Of a DNA stretch of 64,000 bases, positions 13,072-27,142 are shown piece after piece. The stretch covers positions 3,620,228-3,684,227 of the forward strand of contig NW_019091357.1 of the NCBI RefSeq assembly GCF_001949145.1. Direction: 5' to 3'. How positions within the stretch are numbered: position 1 is the first letter of the stretch; every line of letters starts with the position of its first letter. The translations under genes were made by a program, and so were the position numbers. The notes beneath the pieces were generated by a model, which did not search any database, had not been told where the DNA came from, and saw only the letters and a list, made by a program, of their open reading frames with translations. The DNA is from Acanthaster planci. Lineage: Eukaryota.

Positions 13072-16000
13072 TTTACTTATTTCATGGGCAGTGAATAATT
13101 CTTTTGTGCGTGCTTCACACGCACGCGTTAGCGTCTATCTATAAGGTTCCAAGTTTTAGACGCGTAATGGGACGATTTTACGTGCTCGTGTCCCATCAAG
13201 ATCTACTTATGATCTCTTTTGCAACAACTATTTAGAGTTGCGATATAATTAAATGTCTCAATTGTTGGAAACAAAATGGTGGATTACACGTCAGGGCACA
13301 TGAACAATTAGCACACATAGCCGGATGCTGTACTCCACACATAATGAACAGCCATTTTGGTTCCAAAGTCTGAAGTTGGTGCCACTCTCTTTAAACACAG
13401 CTCTGGAGTAAGGACTCCATAAAGGCAGTCCGTCAAAAGAATATAATTATACTTGCACATTGCATTGACATTAATCACATTGTACCGGTAACCGATATAA
13501 CCAATCCAATCCATTGCATTAATGCAAAGTGCAAAGATATGATCATGGTGTGCAGGCATGGCATGAAGTATCAAATACAAACTACATTTTTTTTCTTAAG
13601 TCAACAAACACTCACCCTGCTGAAGTACAAGATCGCCCGTCATTAATTGTGAGTCGCTGTTTTGTCGAATTCCCTAGCTGCATAAAGGCAATCCATATCG
13701 ACGGTCCTTCCTTCGGTGAAACGTCTGTCAGATCCACAGGAATTTTTGCACTGCACTGTACACTAAGCATCAAGGACAGAGTCCCACACTGTTATAGGTA
13801 ATCCCACATTCGCCAAAATTCTAGGGTCAGAATTACGGCCGCATCTAGAACGCCTTCATCCAGTGTGCACTTTGAATTTCGAAAGAACATTCACCAGCCA
13901 CAAAAATCCTCTGAAAACTACTAAAGACTGCAACCTGCACACTGAACCCTGGCGTTCAGACAGCTCATAACACCCTTCACACCAGTCAACCTGTGGCAAT
14001 ACGTCAATCAATGCTGTATCAATGCCAAAATAAAAAAACGAGAAACCTTGCACGTGCGAAAACATCGCCACTTCACTTGCTGACTTTTAATGGCCTGACT
14101 AACACAAAAGATCTAAACAACACGTGCGCGCTCTTCGTAGTCTCTAGTTGGGTGAAATGAGACAAAGCCTTTATCTGGTTCAAACTTGACAAATTTGTAT
14201 CGGGCAGAAGGCTTTGTTCAGCTGTCTTCTATTTTGGTATGGTATGCCTGCAAGACTCAAAGCTCTCTGTCAATGACTTGTAAGTCATTATTAAGGGCTG
14301 CATTTGGAATGTGCTCCTAATAGCTATTGCTTTTGTAAAGCAACAGAAAGAATTCCTTTTATCCACAACCAAAGCCAGGAATAATTAGTGCTCTTATTAG
14401 GGATTACAGGAATTATTGGTCATTCTTTCCAAAACAAGACATACGCCTTCCTGACAGGTGTTTCTTTAATCAGTCCTGGAATAAAAATGACAAGTCTGTG
14501 CAGGGTAAATAGCGCCCTCTGCTTGAACTGGTAACTTAGCATTTGAGTGACAGATGTTATTTTGGTCATCACATTCACTTGAGAGTCAAATTCCACAAAA
14601 AGTGACCGATGTGCGATTATGAAGGACCCCCTTTCAAAACTGAGGGCAGAGTGCGCCTAAGGGATACGCTAATAATAAACTAGATTGTCTCTGGCTTTAT
14701 TTGGAAGAGGGCATATTGGTTAAAGGTGGGAGATATTTATTCTATCTTCGACAAACTTGTTTAATATTGTTGAATCGGAAGGGCATTCCATCTAAATGGT
14801 GCAACTCACTATTTTCCTAACTCTCTTGACGTCATTCAACCCACTTATTTTGAGCCAGTGCGGAAACATTTAATTTGTGTAAATATTACAATTTGCAAAT
14901 TGTGATATACACACAACACTGCATTGCGCCCCCTGTGTTGCACTTAGTGCTGTTTATGCTGCAGCTGAAACTTTGCAAAAATTAAAATGAATGCAGCATT
15001 AACAAATCAGGGATTCAAATCACGAATCGTCAGCTTATAAAGCGAGCATGTAAATCACTGAGCTGACAGGCAGTTATTTTATGTCATATTGTAGTACGGA
15101 ATAAAGCTCATAAAACGTTTTGCTCGTGGTAAGGACTGATGTTCTTGCACAGAATTTAGTGAAGGAAATACGTCATACGGGGTCACAGCTAACGACACGC
15201 ATAGAAGAGCAGTAAATTTTTGCCAAGCGCGAGAGCTCACTGAATGCGTTACAGAAGCGGTGGTTATCAATTCAATATTCTTTCCTTCCTCATTGCGGAA
15301 ATATTCTCACGACACTTTATTCATTTTATCCAAAACTGATCAAGTTAACCAATAATTTGAAATTTATCGCCAGGAGACACGTGATCAGTGATACTTAGTA
15401 TTTTGCATTCTTAAATACACAATGTCCACTACCTTTCAACAAACCCTGGTGCAAGCTTGCCCAAACTTACTAGCAAGGTTGATTATACGTATCTGTGCCA
15501 TACTGACAAGCTGATGTTATTGATTTTGAGTTATGTGCGCATAAATCTGTATGTGATTTTAGTGTTTTCGTATTTGTTGACATTTTAGAAGACCCTCTAG
15601 ACAGTGATTGAGTTCGCTTGTAGGTTATCCTTCGGGGTTTTTCGCAAAGTGTTGTGAAATCTGTTGTTGCTCTTGGATTTGTACCCAGTGTCTGTTTTCC
15701 CCTGTTTCCCCTGTTGCCCCTGGCAAAGCATTGTCACTGAAAAAAAAAAAGAAATTACGGGATGACCTCGTGGTCACAGGTCGTGTAGAATGCAGCCAAT
15801 CACAGTGCAAAGCTATCAGCCCCCTTAAACGCCTCACTAATTATGCTCAAAAGAGGGCGTACTGCATAGCACCAATAAATATATATATGTCTCATCTCAC
15901 AATTGAACAAATTTAGAGACCATGGTTTGAAATGATGATATCAACTATGTCAAAGGCACTCTTTCGGCTTCACTTGGGTTCTGCGTAATGGTCTGTGCAC

Positions 16001-17049
16001 TAAAAGTGAGGTTATTTGATGTCCAAATTTCTGAATGACCCTTTTCAAAAAGATAGACAAATTCTAAAGTTACAAAATAGGAGAAAGCGATTAGCTAGCC
16101 AGTGTAAATCGTTCACAATCAACAGAAGGCACTCCTGCGACGCATGTTTACCTTCAAATGAAATGCTTCAGGCTGATACGATACATACACTTTGCCAAAT
16201 AAATTATCGAATCCGCCAATCAATTTTGTATCATAACACATTAAATTTCCCGTTATGTCATGTTTTGCTCAAGTATTTAACACATACACTTTCGAAACAG
16301 ATTGTACAAGAAGTAATTTCAGGTGGAAATGGCCGTTTTCTTACATGGTTTTCATTAAACTGTCAACCAGTAAGTGAGAGAGGAACCAAGTAATGTTTAT
16401 CTTTGGCCTCCTAACCGAGACAGAGGGCTTGAATTTTAAACAATGAAGATAACAGTCATATAAGAGTTATTCCTAATTTAGATACAGTTCAGTACAGTTG
16501 ACAGTCACGTCTTTAATAAAAGTTGGAACTTGAGTGCTTCTTTATCGGGTAATCTAGTAAATTGGCACATGTATACATAAGGTAATTCACAGGACAGAGC
16601 CTTGAAAGTGACATGTGATGCCTTGTGCACTGTGAACAATCCCCGGAGGAAGGACACAGAAGGAGTTTGAACTTCCCGGGCTATAACATCTGGCCAATTC
16701 CCGCTTTCTGGCATGCCCGGTATGTCTATAGGCAAGCGCTGCTATATCTTATCACGCACCGCCTGTTTCACAACTATAAGCCCCCTTTGTACCCCATTAT
16801 AGTCGCCGCAATTTCTCGCTGGTAATCTGCATCCTTAAAACGTCGTGTCCTGCAGTATAGGAAGTTGAATATTCATGTCATCGTTGGTGCTCAGTATGAT
16901 CAGACATCAAACTTAATGTTTGCGCAGCTGCTTTTTATTAGGCTGTGTACCTGAAGTGGTCATGTGCAGTTATTGCCCCTATCGATATTGCCCTTTCTTC
17001 TGGACTTATTTTGGGAATAAATAGCCAAACTGTTTATACAATTTTGTGT

Positions 17050-17070
17050 TTTATTTGAATCATTTTTATT
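17050..17070 (-). terminator. Candidate polyadenylation signals of the bHLH gene
   Basis: Two minus-strand AATAAA hexamers (17050-17055, 17065-17070) about 1 kb after the stop codon, at the end of an AT-rich 3'UTR-like tract. Confidence 0.35.
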
Positions 17071-18094
17071 ACGGAATTTACACAATAGATATTTCATGAG
17101 ATCTAATGATCACTCCTTGTGATGAAACAGCGCATTTTTGTTTGTGATCTTAACTGTCCTGTGGTAGTCAACATGTTGTTGGCCAGTCTGAGCCAAATTC
17201 GTACAAAGACTTTGAAAACTAATTTTTTGATGTGACAAACTAACTCACAAACACTGTATGGATAATGAACAGTGTGTCAAAATCTAAAAAAAAATTATTC
17301 ACGACGGCAAAAGTAAATTTAATGTTAGATATTTTTTCTTTTGATTTCCTGGTCACAGCAAGAAGTTATAGTTAATCACAATAAACGCCACAAATATTGT
17401 AACGATATTACTAGCCCGAATTGTTCGGCTAAACTGCAGGCAGTAATCAGGCATTTTTGGAATGTTTGCTATTGTTCGTTTGACAGGGCGGCAATGATCA
17501 TCGAGCACTTTGATGTGCAAGAGTTGTAACTTCTTCTGTGTCTTTCCTCCATGGTACAATCAGACAGTGGGATAATTTTCGAGCACATGTATGCTCTGGC
17601 AAGTGTAAAAACAGTCCATTAGATCCAGCGGCCTGCTTCAGGCGAGTTGTGATACAATTTCAGAATTGTTTTTAGTGTCTTTGACCCAAGTTTCACAGTA
17701 TATTTTCGGATTGACCTTATGAGTTGCGTCAGACCGAAAAAGTGCCTTGAAGGGTTAAGATTATCATAAGGAAAAACTCACACAAAAATCGTTTTGGCAG
17801 ATATGTCTAACATAATAAATAAATGGCACAAAATTGACATTTTCTGTTCCTCAGTATAATGCCAAACATCGCAAGCAAGGAATTTAATTGATATTATTTA
17901 CAGAAATCATGAAACATAGGCAAAGATGCGTATATGTCAGTTTTATACTCTTACGAAGAAAGTCCGTTAATAGTCTGTGATAAACTCTTCTACCGGAAGT
18001 GTCTCTCAAAAATCAACAAATGTCAGATTTCAGAAAGTTCAAGGTTTCAAAAGTTAGGGTTTTCGAATAAAAGAACTTGATGTTTCAGGCTGGA

Positions 18095-19012
18095 TTATTT
18101 GGCAAATTGCTTCAAACTGTCAGGGTTGTCAACACATTGTTGGCAGGGACTGGTAAAAGACTTCTTGGTGACTGAAAGTGGATGCAGGAGTAGCGATGAC
18201 CCCGCCGCTGGATTGTTTTCCCTTGTCACTGGGAATGCAGGGACGGTGACTGGCGGCCCAGATGACGCAGGCGCTGGTGGAACTGGACTCTTCTCCCTAG
18301 GTGAGGAGGTAAGGTACCCAGGGAACGGGTAGCCGCTGAAATAGGGTGGGGGAGGAGGTGGCGACATGCAGAGCTGGGGCTGATTGACGTAACTAACAAC
18401 CCGCTTCATCTCCTCCAGGGCGTTGGCCTGCATCAAGATGTAGTTCTTGGCCAGGAGTAGGGTAGCGATCTTGGAGAGTTTGCGGACGGAGGGGCCGTGG
18501 GCGTAGGGGATGACGGAGCGGAGGTCGTCCAGGGCGTCGTTTAAGTCATGCATGCGTCGCCGCTCCCGGGAGTTAATGCTCAGCCGGTTCTGCTTGGAGT
18601 TCTTCCCGGAGGATCCGCTCGCCCTGACCTTGCCGCCGAGCGGCTTCTTGCCTTGCCGCAGCGCCCGGTCTTCGTCCTCGGCGTCCAGCGCTCCGTTGTG
18701 GTCCGGGGATCCACCCTCGTGGGCTCTCACGTCATCTCGCGAGAGCCGGTGGTGGACCTCATCCGACTCCGTCGAGGACGAGTTCTCGTCAGAGCAGATC
18801 TCGCGGTAACCGAATAGGCCCTGCGAGGGACGCTCCTCCTCGCCCACCCCAGACCCCCATGCCACTCCATCCACCTTTACCGCTGTGTCTGTCATTTTGT
18901 CCAGAGTTGACGCAATGGTCAATTGGGGGTGTGCATGCAGTGGTTGTGACCCACTAGTGACCCCTGGCATGTCGTAATGCCTGTATTTGTCATAACTATC
19001 GTCCCACGACAT
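18095..19012 (-). CDS. BHLHE22: Class E bHLH transcription factor, Beta3 (BHLHE22/BHLHE23, Olig-related) family; single coding exon, 305 aa
   Basis: The bHLH domain [69 protein letters not shown] closely matches the BHLHE22/23 domain. A Pro-rich region and a C-terminal CxxC (PCQQC) follow. The ORF is GC-rich against an AT-rich background. Confidence 0.93.
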   Translation of the reverse strand: MSWDDSYDKYRHYDMPGVTSGSQPLHAHPQLTIASTLDKMTDTAVKVDGVAWGSGVGEEERPSQGLFGYREICSDENSSSTESDEVHHRLSRDDVRAHEGGSPDHNGALDAEDEDRALRQGKKPLGGKVRASGSSGKNSKQNRLSINSRERRRMHDLNDALDDLRSVIPYAHGPSVRKLSKIATLLLAKNYILMQANALEEMKRVVSYVNQPQLCMSPPPPPPYFSGYPFPGYLTSSPREKSPVPPAPASSGPPVTVPAFPVTRENNPAAGSSLLLHPLSVTKKSFTSPCQQCVDNPDSLKQFAK

Positions 19013-19539
19013 GTTAAAATCTGTCCAACCGTGTGTTGATAAACAAACGGAATTAAACGACTCAATTCGTGTAAGGTTTCACAGTTCCTTTTCAAAATCT
19101 GTAATTGAACAACCTCTGATAAATTCCAATCAACATTTAAGCAAAAAATGCTGTGACAAAAGTCCAGCCTTCCCTTTTGGACTCAAATATTCATGGTGAC
19201 TTCACTGATGCAGTCGGTGCCTCTGTAAAAGTAGATTTTCTCAGAACAAAACGCTGTGGTAAGGGAATGTGCTGCGTCGTTTCCAGAGTCTTTCTTTACT
19301 CGTCAAGAATTGTTCTGGTAATTGTTTACAATGAAAAAAGCACAACTGTTCACCTTTAGTTTTACAGTAGTCTAGGCTGATTCCGGTAGTACCGGGTCGG
19401 TGTGTCTCCACTCCACGTGAAGTGCTGCACTCCTATGGTTGTTTGCAATCCTCGTGAAAATGTCATCAGAAGCAACGTGTACGCCAAAGGCCAAGCACTT
19501 CAACAGCCACTGGTAAAGGGTCCCGTTGGGTTGTCTTCC

Positions 19540-19930
19540 GTCGCCACGGTTATAAAACGGGAGCTGGGCTGCAGCTCGCCTTTTCCTGCCCGCCGTGTTG
19601 TGCCGCTACGTCAGCGTGTCGGCGCTTGAACGCAAGACCCAACGCCCCTGTTGATTTTTCACCATCAAAACCTCTTCAGCGGCCAGAAAAGCAAAGCCGA
19701 AACCTTTGACGAGGAGACCCCGTGCGTGTTGGAAACTGCCAGACGGTGTGCAGCGGAGTTGAATAGACGCGTTTTTTTTTTATACGGGCAAACCGGTCTT
19801 GGCTGGTCCCATGAGCCTTAGTGCCGCCCCTACATCGTCCAGGCCGCGCTTGCTCGGGCACGTTCATTGATATGTCAGTTCAAATAAAGCCAGGGCCAAC
19901 GGCATTACCTAATTAATTAATCAGATCACA
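19540..19930 (-). promoter_or_regulatory. Candidate proximal promoter of the bHLH gene
   Basis: GC/CpG-rich stretch upstream of the ATG. It has a minus-strand TATAAAAA at 19777-19784, a TATA-like element at 19550-19557, a CRE-like ACGTCA near 19608 and a TAATTAATTAAT homeodomain-type cluster at 19910-19921. The TSS is not known. Confidence 0.4.
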
Positions 19931-21622
19931 ATGTGACAGCCTATCTCTGGGTCGTGTACGAAGTGGGACGGCACACAAGGCAGCTAGCAAGAAATCACGC
20001 GAAAATGTCGGGGTCCGACGACTCTTAGATGTCTGGAAGAAAAACCCAGATAACAGAATGCTACTTTTAATTGCTTGCAAGATCATTTGGAGTACGTGTT
20101 TACCTCCGATACTGACACCTTATCCTGATAATAAGAAACACTACCTGTAGGCAATTTGGGGTTACAATATCACCTGTTTCATACACACTTTAATATTTTA
20201 ACTAGAAAATGACATTTTACAAATGGGAAAAATTCAACTTAATATGAATGCGTCAAAGAAAGCGAAGTAAGTCTGTCAGAGGGTCATGAGTGTAATGCAT
20301 GAAAATTGTGTTTGTTATTTTTCACATAGCAAACAAATTACAAAATCTGAGTATCAGGTTGGTATTTTATGTAAAATGTGTGACTCCGAGGAAGCATAAT
20401 ACGAAGTACAATGTACGCGATGTCTAAATTTATAGTCAATGAGGTTTTGTAACATGACAGACGAGCAAAAATCAAATGTAATATATTTAAAATGTAACTG
20501 CAAACGGATGACGGAATTTTGACGAAAAGCCTGACCTGAGGTTTTAAACAGTGGAACATGCATGCCTATTTCTATTTCATAAAGACAAAAAGATGTCTGC
20601 GGCTAGTGTGTTTGGTACCGAGATGTCCGTCCACACGGAACGAGTTTGAGTGACGACAACTTGTCGAGCACTGGTTAGTTTCCCAGTTAACCCGTGCTCA
20701 AAATACATCCTGGGAACCAGGCAAAATCGAGCAGAAGTTGACAAAATGTCGTCATTCGAACTTAGAAAGGAAAAGAACCCAGATTCTGGCACAGACCCAG
20801 GCGCCCTCTAACAGCCGTCGGGACGCCATCGGCGGGCTTGGCCAGTCGTCACATCTGGTTGGCCCGACATCGCTGCACTTAAATAAATGATGGCTTTTAT
20901 TCGGCAGCCGGGGCTCAGTGCAACGAGTCCATGGATATATAGATGGGCCGAATTCTTCCCCCATGCTTGTACCTTTGAAATTATATCGCGACAGGCCCTC
21001 CCCCTTCGTCAATTACGATCAATTCACAAAAAGACGTTACACTTGGGTAATGGATGACAACCTGCGTTGAAAAATGAATGAGGATAATTTGGCAGGCAGT
21101 TCACGTGCTTGAAATTATATGCAAGATGTACAGCAATAGGAAAGCATAATAGAGAGGGGGCGTGTCTCTATCAATGCGTAGGAGGGAACCCTGCAATAGT
21201 TTTCTTCAGTGCTAGTTTTCCAGCGTTGAAGAAAATGACCTCTTGCAATGAATGCCCACCTTGCACTACGAACTTTTCGTGTGGAAAGCATTGCATAGAC
21301 AAATTTGTCCTGGGGAACATTCTGACGTCCAAAACTGTAGATACAGATAAAAAGTGTCAGCACGTCTTGTTAACGTCATCACATGCAGTTGAATTTTAAT
21401 GCTAAGTAACGGTTGACACAAAAGATGTGTATTTTGAGGATTGTTCTTAACTGTCTGAAAGGGGAAGGTGTGATGGTTACCCGTATAATTTCATCGTTGA
21501 GAGTGGAATTTCTATAGCATACTGAAAACGCGATTGAAAATGTTAAAACATATGTAAAAGTCATGTATTGGGTTTTTTCAGAACTGAGTTTGTATACTTA
21601 TTCACTCAAGGTGCCAGATAAC

Positions 21623-21770
21623 GGCGGACGCCTTTTGTCTGCTGCTAAGATAGACCGCCGTATAGGACTATTCTCTGATACAACAGCAGGTACACAGACA
21701 ACAATTGCGTCTCGATCAGAAATTATGATACTAGTTTCGTCGGCGGACGCCTTTTGCCTGCTGCTAATAG
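21623..21770. repeat. Short direct repeat pair
   Basis: CGGCGGACGCCTTTTG(T/C)CTGCTGCTAA at 21623 and 21741. Confidence 0.75.
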
Positions 21771-21947
21771 GCATATGTATCGTGTAAAGCATGCGCTCTA
21801 ACAAATAGAACTGTTGCATTGCATGAAGTTATTCAGAATTTCATCTTCTGATGGAATTTATGAAAGATTTTGTAGTCTTCGAATTCAAGATCTGCATGTA
21901 CAAGAAATAGAAACAGCATACCTATATATTATTAACTGTGTGGTCGA

Positions 21948-22080
21948 GCAACCGACCGACCAGACAGAGAAGATGGACACAGTTAGGAACCCACCTGACT
22001 GCCACCCAAAACAACAACCCAACCGACCGAGCTACCCGTTGATCAACCAATTGTCCAATTGACCAACCGGCCGACCATTT
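21948..22080. repeat. Degenerate (ACCG/ACCA)n simple repeat
   Basis: Runs such as accgaccgaccagac, aaccgaccga and gaccaaccggccgacc. Confidence 0.55.
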
Positions 22081-23870
22081 GACAAAAATAGAACGAGATA
22101 GAATAAAAATAACATCTCATGCAGACACCAATGCATAAGTGCCTCTTTAAGTACCGCACGAGGCATATTGCATTATTTATCAATAAAACGCCGTTAAATC
22201 CATCACCTGGGGGAAAGTGGATACAGAGATGGAGGAAATAAACAAAAGAAGCATTTCCTACTTTCCCACCATTTGGGCAATGCTATCGACCACTATCAGG
22301 TTGCTTTCTTTCCACGCAAATGGGGCGAGAAACATCTAAGTGGCTTTCTCGCGCCAAAAACAGCCCGGGGTTATGACTGTTGGTCCATGCACTGAAGCTC
22401 TTCCGTTGTTCTTTGACAGAAAATGAAAGAGCTAATTAAAAGCCTGTCTCGCGAATTCTCCGTCTGTTGATCAACCTGCAAACAATCAACATTTTAGCAA
22501 GGGATGCACAAGATAATACTATTTTATTAATTCAGTAGTCTTCAATTAATAAAACAACTAAATGTTCGCCCAAACCAATGAATTTGCAGATGGATCTATT
22601 ATACACGACACCGAAAATTTATCTATTAATGATAATTGTGAAAATTTATCAACAACTACATAAGGTCTTTGTCCGCCTCTCTAAATTCAAAAGAGTGAAA
22701 ACTCAGTCTTTTCCAGTGAAAATTCACTCCCACGGTTGGAAACTAGGGACGAGACGTTTGAGAATGAAATTTCTTCAATCGAAAAGATCAAGTTTTCACT
22801 CGAGCTCCGACTGAAGTGATTATTTTGTCAGAGTATCTAAATTGAGGGTGATTTTCACTCTTAATCGCCTGTCCTAGTTTCAATCTTTCGGATTTAGAGA
22901 ACGTTGCAGTTTCGGTAAAATGTTAATTCAATTGTTATTAAAGATCTCAAATCTGGTTATATCGTCGTCTCACAGTGTAAAAAAAAAAGTTAAAGGGCCT
23001 TTCTAACCATACAATACGAACTCAAGAGCCCTTAGAGGCAGCGGAAGCTTTGAGTGGTCTAATCGGATCACTTATTACCCTGAAAACATTCCCCACGACA
23101 GCGAGCAGAGTAGCTTGCCTCATCTTTGTTCTTACGTTCCTCCCTCGCTAAACACCAACATCACCCCGTCAGTGCGATGCGCTCCCTGGCCACACTGCGC
23201 CGCGCTTGATTACGTGGTCCCGCCAGATCAGGCAAGGCCGAGCGCATCCACATAATACCCTGCCCGGAAAATGCTATTTGGTGCCCCGCGCACCATATGT
23301 CCCGCAGCCGCTTACCCGATGGCCGCTGATCCGTGTGATGAAAAAAAATCAGCGGGTGAGAGGGGGAATATCTGACAGTACATCCCGCTGCGAAGTCACA
23401 CGCTGGAGAAGCTGGCTTGGTTGGATTTATCGTGTTGCAATTTCACCATTCTCCTGTGATATCTCTTTGTTTTCCCCCGTTTTTGTCTTCTCAACCTTTT
23501 CCCCCGCGCAAGCGATCGAGTATGGCCCCGAGAGACCACAGTCCATTACGGGGGACCGAGCGATAAAGACGGCCACATCTGTTCGCTGCATGTGCGGTGT
23601 CGTGGGTACATAAACGGGCTAAAATTTTGATGGATAGGATTCGGGTTTGGAGTGAGGTTGAGACAGCTCAAGCCACGATGCTAGTTAATATTGAGACCAA
23701 TTCGGGAAAAAGGTTTTACCATCATACTTACCCGATAAATTATTCCTTGAAGTATTTTTCAAGGAAGAAAAACACTTTCTTTTTGCAAAGGAGTATACTT
23801 AATAAACATTTGTTATGTTGAAACTTGTAATATATACCAAACCTTGTAGTCATTGTCAACGCAAAACATC

Positions 23871-24020
23871 TGAGGCATAACTACGGGGGTGCCCCCCCCC
23901 ACGGATGCCCATGCCCTCCCCGCATTTGAAATCTGTGAATAATCTCCGTTGAAATGCAGCTGCAGCTCATTTTTTGGTGGTGCTCCGTGGACATTTAGCC
24001 CTAGTTACCGGTACGCCACT
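23871..24020. mobile_element. Short degenerate DNA-transposon remnant (CAGTGGCG-type terminus)
   Basis: Ends in TACGCCACTG and starts GAGGCATAACTACGGGGG with G/C runs. Its architecture is like that of 34653-34825. Confidence 0.35.
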
Positions 24021-27000
24021 GCAAAATACAGTACATTTAAGCATGTTCTTCTTACAAATACACGATCTGTGAACATAAGTAAGACTGGTGAAAAAAATCA
24101 CAAAATGGAATGGAATTAATTTCAAATATTCTGTAAAAACAAAGAAACCATCTCAACTGATATAATTAAAACTCTATGTACAGTGGAATAAGTTGTTAAA
24201 AATGTTATTCTACTGGCACGTGGTATAAAACCATCTCAAGTTTGACTTGTTAAGACTATAACAATGTCAAGGAACATTGTCCCGAGTGAGGAAAATAGAT
24301 TCTACATCACTCTCTAAAAAACTCCTGACCCAGAAGCGTATTTTTTATCTGCACATTAGCCTAGGGTTTTTTCCACGCATAGACCACCAGTCTTGCGCGT
24401 AATAGCATTTTGAAAAGTATGGGCAAACAACGAGCGGAGCGACGGATGGCAGCGCGTCCAGTGCGCATTACGCACAACATGTTGTTTATGTATATGTGCT
24501 TCCAAATACGTTCACCTTTTTGCTCTTCGGTACTTTTTAAATGTTGCAACTGCATTGTTTTGCATCCCTATGGTCCAGATTAAGTAAAGAGAGGGGTTTT
24601 TTTTACAATCGAAAAATGGCTTCATATATATTTTTATGGCTGGAATTCTTTAACTGTGCGTAAATTCCCTGACCGAGGGGTGAATTTGCCCATAGTTTTG
24701 ATTTTAGTCGGGCGCCGCGCAGATCACGAAAACCCCCGGTAGTGTAAAAAGGACCTGGCGGTCTATGCGTTAAAATGTCTGTTGCGAGACCCGCATTCCG
24801 TGTCAATCTGCACCCAGGAGTGTTTAGAGTGCAGCCAGACTTCATGGTGATCCTGATCAAAGAACATCAGTTATTTAGTGTAGAGAGACAGAGAAAGAGA
24901 GAAGGAAGAAGTATGGTTTAATTTTGACACACAAAATAAACCTCTAGAAATTCATCATAAAGTTTGCAATCAAATATAACGAATAATTTACCCGAACTAT
25001 GCACAATCAAGGCTATCCGTCTCACCGGTTACTTGATTAAATAATGATCCAGAGCATCTGATTTAACATATTACAATACACCAATATTTTTCCTTCTGAC
25101 GATACCGCCAATTTTAGTTTCAGCCACTATGAAACAGTGACACATGTTACCACTGCGTCATTCACAGTACCAACCAATGCGCAGAGGTCTTTCGGTAGCT
25201 TTTTTTAATGACGTGTTTGCCTTGTTGGACCATCTTAACGTACGCAGCACATCACTAATGGCACAGTAGACCGGACGCACGCGCGTGGGGTTTGTGACTC
25301 GCGAGTTCCATTGACTTGACTTTACTTTAAAAGCACACGTCTTTTTGTTATTAAACAGATCCCCCATCGATTCAAGAAGATTAAAAAAAAACCAACACGG
25401 GTTAAGCAGAATTTACATGAAACATTGACACGGCGATGGCATAGCCGGGGTCATAACACCTCCTTCCTGCTTTTCAGCTGGGCACCGCTCACTGGACTTA
25501 GGCCCTGAGTGAGCGAGAAGATATAGTGCCTTAGCAGCGCAAAAGTCATCCTGCAGGCCGGACTGTCCATACCACCGTGACAGGCTCCATAAATGCCATT
25601 CTTTAGTTCAGAAACCTTCATTTTATGAGGGGATTTCAATTTAACGTCATTTTTATGTTTTGATATGCCTAACTTCAGTATAGGTTGAAACTGAAATGAT
25701 CTGAAAATAATCTGCAACGTACCCCAATGTGTACGTACATACATCTCATTGTCTCTTTACAAGATGTCATTACTTACTTTAAAGCAACAACCATCTCACT
25801 TTGGTAAGCCTGTCTCGACATTAAAAGAATAACAATTTAGCGGAGCAGATGTTGCACCGGTCCCTGGTGACTCTCCAATGATATCGGCGGGCCCAGATCC
25901 CAGCCTGGCCGTGCATGGGCGCGTGGGCCACGGCGCGCTGGGCTTAGCTGATAAACGAATTACATTAAGGAAAATTGACCGCGTTGCGTCAGGTCCACGG
26001 TGCGTCTGCCGTGCCGCATCGTCTGGGGGTATCAATTGTGATGATGTATTCCTCCTCGCAATCTGCATGACAGTGGAGCCGGGGAGTTTTTTTAATATAA
26101 GGGAGATCGTCTGAATGCGCGACAAGACGTGGCTAATATTTCGTAACTGACGGATTTGTAATTATCATTGATCGTCACTTAAATGAAAAAAAAAACTGAA
26201 TTGGGATTTTAGCTCGCAACACATTGAGGAAGAGTGTATATATTGGCTCTCCACAGATTCATTAACCCTGGCCTAAGCTAGCTGTCTCTCTTTTGGCAAT
26301 GTTTCCCAGCGCGTGCTAGTCAGAGATCAACATGGGTTGGATTGATTGGTACCGTGCAGTTACAGTTACACTCATAATATTCATAAACCAGGCACGAAAT
26401 GGGACAGAGGGGGCCCCTCCCCAACAAGTCCTATCCCTATACAGACTCCATTCTATTGTTACTTTTTCTGTTAACACACGGCGCCCAAAGGTACATCTCG
26501 TCCAATTTTCCTAGAAAAACGGGCCAGTTCGGTATTCCAAGGGCTTCTGAATTCATACATGAGAAGCAACACGCGTGCGCGAGATCTGCCTTATCAATGC
26601 GGTCGTGCGAGTCGGACGGGAGCTTTGTTCTCGAATGACCTTCTCATTTCAAAATATCGAAGTGGCTCATTGATATGGTACGGAACCAAAGTCAGAAATA
26701 TTTATTCGACACCAGCAATGATAATTGCAACTGTACACTCTTGGTATTATCATAGCTATGGTATTGTAATTAGTGACTTAAAAATATCGAACCTCGTCAT
26801 TAATTCGAGCAGATAGATACAGCAACTTCTGAATCTTTTAAACCCATATGAAGGGTCAGGCAGCGGACCCCCCCCACACACACATTTTCTCCAATATCGT
26901 CACAGTACATCTTTGTCAGAAGCCGAACCTGAAGGAGTTTTTCAGTAACATATTGCAGTCACTTTGAACAGGCCGTTCTCGCGCAAAGAGCATTCGAGAC

Positions 27001-27142
27001 ACGTCGGGAAAACAACCCACAACTTCTATGAACATGATGCTCAGTGAACGCGAACCAACGTGCGTATGGCCATTGACTGTAAAGTCAAAACCCTGCGTCA
27101 TATTATATTTAAACTTCGTCTTAATACTGATAATGGGTGCTT

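Noticed and set aside
15008..15072. tRNA-like segment on the minus strand
   Set aside because: It cannot form a cloverleaf; at most a decayed SINE head.
18099..18817. Plus-strand ORFs over the bHLH gene
   Set aside because: Antisense shadows of a GC-rich coding exon.
21623..21770. Spaced direct repeats as a possible CRISPR-like array
   Set aside because: Only two copies, a eukaryotic context and no cas genes.
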